From positions 6,256 to 70,255 of the forward strand of contig NW_001865085.1 of assembly GCF_000002865.3 (NCBI RefSeq): a stretch of 64,000 bases of DNA, read 5' to 3'. How positions within the stretch are numbered: position 1 is the first letter of the stretch; every line of letters begins with the position of its first letter. Positions 44,283 through 54,384 of this stretch are shown in pieces. Origin of the DNA: Monosiga brevicollis MX1. Taxonomy: Eukaryota. A program made the translations under genes and the position numbers. A model generated the notes under the pieces. The model did no database searches. It was not told the DNA's origin and saw only the letters and a list, made by a program, of their open reading frames with translations.

Positions 44283-45736
44283 AATCAACGTGGTCAGGGC
44301 CGCGCCACACGCAAATTGAACAAACGTTGGCTTTGACGCTGTGCATGTTGTGCGTTGCATGCTAGAATTACGCACATCAAGGAACGGCTGCTGGAATGAG
44401 TTGGCGTAGACCTCGAGGCGCTGCTGCTCGTGTTGACGGGTATCGACGCTGGAGGTGCGGCTGGCAGCGTTGCTGGTGGGGCGCAGGGCAACCATGGCCT
44501 CAGCTTGAAGGGAACCTACCAGATGCCATGATGTCAATCAGGATACAGCCGCGTTGCCATGGCACAAAACTGTCGACAACCCTCGGTGGCAGCAGCACCA
44601 GTGACGTACACAAGCAATCGACGGCTGAGCGGAGCAGATTGGTGCTCACAGCTTCGCCGTTACGATCGCGCTCAACCATGTCAAGCATCGCCCGGATGAG
44701 CTGAAGCAAAACCAGAAGTTTGGGTGAGACATCCAAGGCCAAAGGAGGCGAGTACGGGCAAAGAAGCGTCGTGGGTGGAGAAAAATGCTAACCTTTGGCT
44801 CGCACGCCTTGAAAAGATGTTCACGCCACTTGAGCAAAGCCAACTACACGACACGCAGCAGAAGCAAGCGTCAGGTGTGGTGAGCATCACCACTGTGGGC
44901 AGGGATGGAAACCCAGCGGGAGGCAGAGGTGGACGTACGCGATCGAGCTCAAACATCTTGTTCTTTTTGTGATCTGGGTTCTCCAGGGCTCGGGCAACGC
45001 AGTGACGGTTGATATACATGAAGATGTTGTTCAAGACGCGACGCGAGAAAAGGAAATCTTCCCAGAATTGCCGGTGCTTCTCAAGCAGCTCAACTCCCTC
45101 GTACGCCTCCAACTCCTAAATTGATGGCAGCACAGGAGTGATTTGATCAACGAGGAGGGAAAGGCGGCATGAAGAGGCGACACGATGCCTAGGCTATGCG
45201 CAGGGCTATACCTTGCGCAAGCTAATGCAACGTTGTTCCAGGTAGTCGGCCACTTTGCGGTACATGTCATGACCCACGATGTGGCTTGGATCACCTGGCA
45301 GATCAAGAGTAACGGGGTGAGGAAACACAAAAATGTGGAAACGCGCTTCGTGGCCATGGAGTTACAATGGTTTTTCTATGAAGAAACGACCACAGGGCGT
45401 CTACGCACGATGGCTGTTGGATGAAGGTGGGCGGTTGGTAGTGCAGAAGTTGTAAACAGCCCTGCAGTGTGGCAACCAGCGTACGCCGACGGCAAAAAAA
45501 AAAAAAGCGGGGGGTGAGTGGTGTAGTGACGGAAAGGATGACAGTAGACCAGATAGGATGCTATCTGTAAATGCATTTTTGCAGCAGGGTTGAGGTGCCG
45601 CCGCAGAGAGGACGTACGCATATGCCTCCATGTAGCGTTTATGGTTTAGATTGACCGTGTTGTTGGATGATTGAAAGATGACGTTGACCACTGGCAACAA
45701 CCCTTCCCAGCACTCTTCAATGGTCTGGGACGGCAT
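41338..45736 (-). CDS. CUL1: Cullin-1, highly fragmented (many short exons)
   Basis: [87 protein letters not shown] (neddylation motif) and the terminal YEYL|A*. Confidence 0.94.
44228..44281. repeat. Poly(A) run (poly-T on the coding strand) in a cullin intron
   Basis: About 54 consecutive A just upstream of a minus-strand acceptor. Confidence 0.9.
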
Positions 45737-47047
45737 TGTGCCGGTGGTGCGGTAGAGATGTGCAACAGCAGACGAGAATACACCTAGGAATTGACGAACC
45801 ATGCCAGGCAAGGCCCACAGAGCAGAAAGTGGAGAATGAGACGCCACGAGGTGGGAGGAGCTGGCAGATGGTGCCAAGATGCAACATGCAACAAGCTCAT
45901 GGCCAAAATTAAATCAAAAAAAAGGAGGTGATCAAGCTCGAGGACACACGCAGAGGCTTTGCCAGGGAGAACTCGTTTGCTGAATGCACGCAGCCCAGGC
46001 TCCCTTTTGCCACTGGTCGTCGGTTGCGAGCAAGCCATCACAAGCTGGCTGGCGGCGTCCCGAAGTCACACAGTCAAACTTGCAAGCATTTCTCACCTGC
46101 TCTTTTTCAACAGCGAGACAGCGCCTGAGCAGTAACAACAGTGGCACCAAGCAGCAGGTACCGCAGCTCCAGCAGCTCCAGTGACACCAGCAGAAGCAGA
46201 AGCAGGAGCAGAAGCAGGAGCAGAAGCAGGAGCAGCCCTCTGCCTTGTCGTGTTGTCAATCTCGTCGACTCGTTCGTTGTCGTCGTCGTCGTGAAATGAG
46301 ACTACTGCTGTTTAGTCACAAACTACACCTCTCACCTACAACAACTTGCCTACCCCACAAGCTTGCTACATTATCATAAAAATATTTTACGACGATAAGT
46401 TTCATGGAGTACGTCATAAACCACTGTGCCATATTTTTCCAAGCAGCTTACCTTGAAATTCTTTTGTTGAGTAGCAACAGTAAAAAACACCAGAAGAACA
46501 GTAAAGAAGAACACAACAACAACAACAACAAGCACAACAAGCAAGCTTGACCCTGACCCTGGTTTGGCTTGGGCACCAACTTTGGGGATTGGTGTGTCGG
46601 CAGAGAGGAAAGGCAAGGGGCACACAATCCACACACCACTTGCTGAGGGATACCGCAAGGTGTCGATCAGATGTCAAGCACGACCAGAGAGAAGATGGAT
46701 AGAGTGACCTTTCTTCCAAGCCATTCTTGACCAGCTACAATACTCAAGCAGCAAAAAGGGCGCGAAAAGTTTGCTGTCAAGCAAGCGCGTCGACCAAGGC
46801 TGGTCCCCGTGGAGACTGACGGAGTCCATCTGACATTCTGACATTGTGTGGCGAAAAAACCGTGTGGCATCTGACAATATAAAAGTTTTGGCTTGCAAGC
46901 CAGCCACACCAAGCCGATAACGTTATGCGTACTGTGAGATTTGAACCCTGGTGGACTTCTCTCCTCACACGGGGCAAGGCACAAGACCTCAACGTGCTAC
47001 AGGACCTTCAACACCTGCACTTTTCTTTCAAACCTTAACTTGACAGG

Positions 47048-48671
47048 ATGGCTGACAAGTAAGTTGGCGCCCCATCTGCTTCCGGCGCTCTGCAAAACTT
47101 GTTACAACGTGGTTGAGGCCCGTGGCTCCCTTGGGGCATGGAACGGCAGCGGCAGGCGAGGGCGGAGGAGGCAGTTTGGCTGGAGAACTTTTGGTGTCGA
47201 GTGAGGAGATGACTTGTCGTTTGCTTCTCGACACGAAGCTCTCTGTGCCAGGGCTGGTCTTGTCTGTCCTCGCTTGCCGCGAGTTGTTTCCATCGGCTGG
47301 CCATGCGCGTGGCGCCGTTCCTGTGTCGAGGCATGAACGTATCCTTGTTTTCTTTTCTTCCGAAAGGAAGCGGGGGCACCCCTGTCTCGACGCGGGTGGT
47401 TGGTCCCGTGAGAGGGTTTCCCCGCTGGCGCGCATCCGCCAGGGTTCGCGACTCAGTTGGGGTTGAATCTCGTGCAATGTCTTGATGCTTGCTTGATCAA
47501 GCCCTGATCACGTGGATTGCATTCCTGGTTGTGGAATGGCCCTCTCGCGGGATGAATCGCTGCAACCATGCTGGGCTTCAGGCTCTGCTTTCACGCACAC
47601 ACTCCCGTCCTTTGAGCCCGGGCTTTTCAAAGGCTCGGGACTTGAAGGTGCTTCCGGGATGTGAAAGCAACCTGTTGCCATAGCTGGTGAACGCGGGTGC
47701 GAGATGCTCTTCTCCAAGAGCATTCTCGTGACCAAGTTGTCGGATGAGTCCTCTGTTGGCTCACTCCGATCTCACGAGTACAACTTTCCCCCGTTGTCCG
47801 CCCCCTCTTTTTTTCCACCTGTTTTTGTCTCGTTTAGGACGAAGGGCATTCCTGAGGCTATCCTCAAGCGCCGCAAGCGCGATGAGCGCCTGGCCGCCGA
47901 GACCGCCAAGGCTCGCGCTGAGCAGAAGGCCGTCAACAAGGGCAAGCGCAAGGACATCTTCAAGCGCGCTGAGCAGTACGTGAAGGAGTACCGCCGCCAG
48001 GAGGCCGATGAGACTCGTCTGCGCCGCCTCGCCAAGAAGTCGGGCTCTTTCTACGTGCCCGCTGAGCCCAAGCTGCTCCTCGTCATTCGCATCCGCGGGT
48101 TGGTTTTCGCGGTCTTCTTGACACTGCTCGGCTTTATTTATGCATCTCGAGACTTGATGCACTCGAGTCAAAACATGCTTCGCTCAATGTTGTTCCTAAT
48201 GTGTTTTCCCACAGTATCAACGGCGTTTCGCCCAAGGTCCGCAAGGTGCTGCAGCTTTTCCGCCTGCTCCAGATCAACAACGCCGTCTTTGTGCGCGTGA
48301 ACAAGGCCACCATCAACATGCTCCGCATCATCGAGCCCTACGTTGCTTACGGTTACCCCAACCTGAAGACCGTCAAGGAGCTCGTCTACAAGCGTGGCTT
48401 TGGCAAGGTTAACCGCAGCCGCATCGCTCTCAGCGACAACAAGATTGTCGAGGAGGCTCTCGGCAGCAAGGGCATCATCTGCGTTGAGGACCTCATCCAC
48501 GAGATCTACACCGTTGGCCCCAACTTCAAGGCCGCCAGCAACTTCCTCTGGCCCTTCAAGCTGAACAGCCCCCGTGGTGGTCTCGTCAAGAAGGGCAACC
48601 ACTTCACCGAGGGTGGTGACTTTGGCAACCGCGAGGATGAGATCAACCCCCTGGTCCGCCGCATGAACTAA
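47048..48671 (+). CDS. RPL7: 60S ribosomal protein L7 (uL30), 3 coding exons (47048-47058, 47839-48098, 48216-48671)
   Basis: ATG GCT GAC AA|gtaagt joins ttag|G ACG AAG to give [17 protein letters not shown]. Also [52 protein letters not shown] and NFLWPFKL. Confidence 0.96.
47149..47733 (+). ncRNA. Putative structured RNA element in RPL7 intron 1
   Basis: At least five successive stems, several of 13-18 bp with G-U pairs, plus a GAAA tetraloop hairpin (details in findings). Confidence 0.55.
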
Positions 48672-49333
48672 GTGGAACCAGAAAGAGCAATCGGGCGTGT
48701 TGCGCCCATTTGCCGGCTCTACCCGTCCAAATGTCTCTTTCTGCGTGCCATCCACTTGTAATTGACGTCTGGACGCTTCAAAAATCACAAAAGTTTCTCT
48801 CTTTCTCCTTTTGTCTCAAGCATTCAAGTCATTGCAAATCAGCGCACGAGTCCCTCCTCTTTGTGACAAGCAAAGGTGGAGATGTAGTGTTTGAACCATG
48901 CGTTGCGATATCATCACGCTGTAGCTGAGCACAGATCCTGCCGAACATTTGCAATGACATTGTTAATCTTGAAGGCATATTTGCGCATCAGCGTCGAATT
49001 GGTTTTTGCTGACTTCAAAGCGAGTCCGCTGATCAGGCTTGGAGGACACAACAGGATGGCAGGTATGTGTTGTCTCCCGTGTGTGAACACCATGCAGAAG
49101 ACAACGACCAATCCAGGCGCAGGGCACAACGTCATCGAGCGCGGCTGCGTCTGGACCCCACCATTCAGGTTTGTTCTTTCTTGTGAGAAGTCGTGCTTGT
49201 TGACTTCTCACAAGAAAAAATTTACAGTTAATTTGTTTCTGCGCAGAAGTGGATTGTGAATGTGCTCAGTGGCATTTTTTTGGCGTTCGCGCCTTGTTTG
49301 AAACAGTGAAAGGCTGTGCGCGTCTTGCCCGTG

Positions 49334-51584
49334 ATGACTATTCCTGCAAACATGGCGCAAGAAGAAAAGGACGTATGGATTGATCTCAATCTTTCCAAGG
49401 ATCATGCTCGAGAGCACCCACTCGAGAATGCGATTTGTGAGCTTGTTGCGAATGCCCTGGACGCCAGCGAAAAGAAGCCACAATTTCGAGCTGTAGCCGC
49501 GAACAAGATCGAGCTGGAGGACCAAGGGCCTGGTTTGTCCCTTGATGCCTGGGTCGTCGGTCGAAGCAGCAAAGCCATGGGCCATTTTGGTCTCGGCCTC
49601 AAGGATGCTATGGCAATTCTCATGCGCGAGAAGGTGCAGGTTCAGATTGAATCGAGCAAAGGCAACTACCACTTCAAAGAGAAAAGAGGCCAGACTTTAG
49701 TCGAGACCATCCATGTTCAGCAGACCCCCAGCTCGCGTGACATTGGGACCAAGATTACCCTGTCCTTGCAGAACAATGCTGCACAAGAACTTGTGACAGA
49801 GGTGCAGACCAAGTTCTTGCGACTGTCCTCAATCTACACCTTCCTGGGCGAGTACGACGGCGTGCAGGTCTTTTCGAAGTCAGATGGCAAGCCTGCTTCT
49901 CATACCTCACTGTTTGTCAAAGGCTTTGCCATGACAACGAGCAGTGCCTTTTTCTTCAGCTACAACATCCTTTCACCCACGCAAGAACAGAACGAATGCT
50001 GTAATCGTGACCACCATGTGACCTATTTCAAACCTTTTAGAGCTGCTATCATCGCTGCAGTGGAAAATCTTTGGCAGCCGAAATTGGCAGAGGCTTACAC
50101 CTCGAAATATCGCGACAACAAGGGACATTATGAACTTGCTTGGACCGAGTTCGAAGGACTGGGAATAACTGCACGGCATTCCTATGGCAAGCCTCAAGCA
50201 TCAACCAACTTGTTATACCGTGCTGCGCCGCCAGTCGCATCAGCCCCACTGCCCGCCGAAAGGTTTTTGGCACAACTTGCTAAGCTGGCGAAGCTTCCGC
50301 CTGCATCCACTTCCATCGCGCGCGCCTGCACCTCTGATCGTGCGCATCGCATCCTGGACGATAAGTCTGGACCAGTGACGCTTGTTGAAGTGAATCGTCT
50401 CATCAACCATTTCAGTCCCGAAGATGCCGTTCCACCAGACCACAGAAAAGTCGTTGATCGCCTGGTGCGGACGCTTCATGAGGTCGGTGTGCTATTTGCT
50501 GCAGGCACAAGCACGGTTTGAATGTACACTCATTAGCGATATTTTTCTTGGGCCAGGATCCTATGCTGAGCGTCGATGAGGTCTATCCCGGGGGCTCTTA
50601 TGCCAAAGGCACAAGCACGGGTGCACAATCCGATGTGGATTTGCTCGTTGTTTTGAACGACATCCCGACTGAGAACCATTCACGTTGGCTGTACATGGTG
50701 CTGACCGAATTGCGCCGCGTTGTGGAGCTGGGCCTGCAAGGTGAGCCATTGAATGTAGCCACACCTTGACTCGGGTGTGGGGCATTGATACGTGGTCACG
50801 CTGCAACTTAGGCAACTGTCAAGATGTGAAGGTGACGCGCTTTGCGGTCCAGCTGCGAGTGGACAACGTGAACGTTGACTTGCTTCCCGTCCCCGCAGCC
50901 CTATGGCGCTCGACCGACCAACGCATGAAAATCGTGAATAGCGCGGCCCTTGAAGACCGGCGTTGGCTTTCCGTGGCGTTTGCCAAAGAGCAGGTCTGTC
51001 TGACATAAGAATCCAACATCATCAGCGTGGAACAATGCATCGTTTGCCTTTTTGTAAGGAACTTCGCCTCATCAGATTGATTTCTTGTCTTTTGGTGATC
51101 AACTAGGTGAAGTACGTCAGAGAAAAAAAAGAAACTGCTGGCGTGACCGGCATCATCCGACTCATCAAGCGATGGCTGGCCACCCAAAAATGGCGTTCCA
51201 AGCCTCCCTCATTTTTGATCGAGCTCATGGTGTTGGAAGCAAAATCGCGCCTGCCCGGTAAGGCTAGCGCATTCTTGTACCGTGCCCTACTTGCACGCAC
51301 TTCGTCACGGGGAGTCCCTTGCCCTTGTTTCTGCTGCGAGGATAGAGGCGGATCACTTGGCGTTGCTCAATAAGTTTTGGGAACTCGTAAGGCACCACGA
51401 AACGCTTTGTATCATTCACGGTTCAGCGGTGCATGCTGAGATTGCACATGAGCGGCCCTTGGTGGTTGATCCAGCAAATCCGACCAATAACGTGGCAGGC
51501 AGCTTCCAATGGGACGAGTTTGTGGGCTTTGCCCGTGAGATACATGCCACTCGGCTGCGTAAGTTTGTCCGGGATCTGAGCTAA
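49334..51584 (+). CDS. GHKL (HATPase_c)-ATPase fused to an OAS/CD-NTase nucleotidyltransferase, 5 exons (49334-50482, 50557-50740, 50812-50993, 51107-51257, 51346-51584)
   Basis: N-terminal GHKL boxes ELVANALDA, EDQGPGL, GHFGLGLK and GTKI. C-terminal GGSYAKGT..SDVDLLV, NVDLLP, IIRLIKRW, PPSFLIELM and RPLVVDPANPTNNVAG. Four GT-AG introns with compatible phases (0,1,0,1). An alternative start is ATG 49352. Confidence 0.88.
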
Positions 51585-51858
51585 GAAAAAGCGCATCCCC
51601 AAATGTGTGCCACTCGCGAGTTCTTGACCATGTTTACAATTGATCTTGTCAAGTATCAGCTATGAGAAGATGAACTTGAGTCGTCAAGCCTGTCCAAAGA
51701 CGGGGCGGGTCGAGTCGCAACGATAATGTCAAGACGAGGAGGGTTCAAGTTTTGTTGTACTATTGTCGGGCGCTTCGCTTCCAGCGCCGAGTGAGACAAT
51801 ACACCTTAAGATACGCTTAACATTACAACCAACAAGAAAAAAAGTTCAAAAGACAGCC

Positions 51859-52226
51859 ATGGCTCTTATCTTGAACGACGCCGCCGCTTCATGGCTTGCT
51901 ACTACTACCGCGCAGGTCAAGGACTCGCACTAACATCCGACGTTCGCCTTGTGTTTTTTGGTTGCTTGTGCTAATGAGAAGTCTGACAAAATGGAGTCAG
52001 ATGGGCCGTCGCTGCGCCCGCCGCTGTCCCAGCCCTGATGTCGACTTGCGGAACCGTCATCGCTGGAACGGGCACGGTTTTCACAGGTGCAAGTGGGGCC
52101 GTCATCGCCAGCATTCAAAGCGGCGCATTTAGCTTGGCAGCTGGTGGTGGTGGTCTTTTGAGTTCTGGTGGCGGCTGGCTTTGGCGGGCATTGCGCCCAG
52201 CCGCGCCCGAGGAGAAGAACCAATGA
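51859..52226 (+). CDS. Small Gly/Ala-rich hydrophobic protein, IFI6/IFI27 (ISG12)-like
   Basis: The frame open from ~52002 reads WAVAAPAAVPALMSTCGTVIAGTGTVFTGASGAVIASIQSGAFSLAAGGGGLLSSGGGWLWRAL. The first exon and splice junction are ambiguous. Confidence 0.45.
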
Positions 52227-54384
52227 AACGCCATCTGTGTACTAACTGGTGGTTCATTGCCTGTACGCCGCCTTGCGCTCAGCTTTTGTCGTCCTGCCTG
52301 TGCCGGCGCAATTTGCTCTTTCTCTATTTCGGGATTGAGTGACTCTTTGGATCCGGCCACTGTGAAGCCATGCCAGGCGCAGTAGGTTCAATTGATACCC
52401 AATCCTCACATTCCGCCTCTTGATGGATGCTCTCTCAAACCTCTTCAAACCGTATCCTGAACACCTGCGCTTCCCGGTAACCCAAAGGTCGCCTCCAAAC
52501 TTCTTTTTCACCTCGCTCGTCACACTTGGTGAACATCACAAACTTGAGGTGAATTGCTTCAGGGCACTCGCGAGTGCCTGGGCGTGTGGAAATGCCCCGC
52601 GTCTCCATGCGCGGCGATTCTGTGCGCTTGCCGCATGAGACGCTGTCAGCCTGATTCATGGTTTCGGACAAAATGTTCTCTGGCCCAGCCCGCAACCTCG
52701 CTGAGCTCCTTCTGAATCAAATCGGCTCTCTCGATGAGTGCTGAGAAGCCGCAAAGTCCTCGCGCCCCTCGTGGGTGCGTTGCAATGCACCACGTGCGCT
52801 ACCTTTTCTTCGCTTGCCTTGGATGTGTGTGAAGCCACACACTGGATACCAACTTCTCGACACTGTAATGAACTCATCGACGACCAGCCGGGGTTTCGCT
52901 TGCTCACGGCCGCGGGCAGCCATTTTGAAGAGAGATGCTTTGCTCAGTCGAGCCTAACCGTCTACAAGAATCGTACAGGATATCCATCTCTGGCATCGTG
53001 TTGTATGGTGTGAGACTCCTCGATCGGCGCTTACGTTGACTCCGAAAAGTCCTCTGGCACCGCCTTCAGCCTAACGTGTCGTTGTCTGCATGGCGTTCTT
53101 GGCACCTGTCGCACCCTTTTGCCGACATCCCGTTTGCCGACATTTCATTTGCCTCGGATACACAACCCTTACGGGCAGGCTGGACAAGGGTTCATAACCC
53201 ATACGGACACGCCGGCGCCTTTGGCCAGCGCGCTCTTGCACGTGAGTATGGCTCGCTCCTAACATGGCGAGGGCTCGTCATACCAGTGGGTTGGCCTTCT
53301 TGCCAGACTATGTGGTTCGAAACTTTTCTATTGTCTCTTAGCTCAATCGAAACCAGCCTGGCTTTGTTCTCGGATCGGGTGCGCCTCGCACACGCCTCGA
53401 GCTCGAACCAAAGGCTTGATTAACACGTTCTCTCGATTCATCATATCCCATGCCCACCACACATCGAGGTGTGTCTTCTTGAATGGCAAAGACTAGGGTT
53501 CTTCAGAACTCGTATGGCTGAGGGTAGTGTCGACTTGATTCAATGCACATGTTCACAGACGGTCTGTATCAAGGCTGCTCAACTTTCGCCGCCGCTCACC
53601 ATGCCCACGACAACGTGAAAGAACTTGAATTTTATTGCTTGGAAGTTAAAAATAATTATTTTTTTCTTTTTTTTTCCATGTCAGCCGCTCCGCGGAACTG
53701 TTGTTGATCCATGTTTCTCCTGATCCTGATGCGACGCATCGATGCGGTATGGGTCCAAGTCCACCTGGGTCCCGTTCACTTTTCTCCTCCACCTCCCAGA
53801 CTAGACAGGTTTACTCAAATTTCGAGAGCATGTTCAAACTCTTCTCTCTTGTTCTTCGAATACCAACCGCAGACCGTAAATCGATCGCGACCGCAATGAA
53901 AGATGCATTTTGGAGAAAGACCGGCATTTTTGTCTCGATCAAATCCACACAGATTTTACAGCGCTGGAAAGGCGCAAGGCTGCTCTTTTGCCCCCTCTTT
54001 CAACATGACAGTGTTCGAGCTTCATTGTTCCCATTGTAACTTTCAATTGTTGTGTCAATTCACTGTCGCATTATATGCTGCTGAGAGGTTTAAAGGAAGC
54101 AAACAGTCGAGGCACAAAAAAAGGGCACGTAACAGACGATGGCACAGAAAAGAGGCCTTGGACAAGCCGACAAGCCGAGCACACACTCATGATGATGAAA
54201 AGGCGAAACCGCAAAAAAAACAACAACAACAAAAACAAGAACACCCGGGTCACGCCGGGTCGCGAACCTAGCATGAGTGCACTCCAGCACAAAATGGAAA
54301 AAGATAAGCAGAATGGTGTCATCGTGTGAATAGTCAGATGCACAAGGACGAAGTTCCGATGTGGAACTTGAGAACAAGTCTTGT

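Noticed and set aside
46190..46235. (GCAGAA/GCAGGA)n repeat between CUL1 and RPL7
   Set aside because: It is a short low-complexity hexamer repeat with no further supporting structure.
49316..50521. Stand-alone Hsp90/MutL/histidine-kinase gene
   Set aside because: It lacks the downstream domains of those families, and a phase-compatible GT donor at 50483 joins it to the OAS exons.
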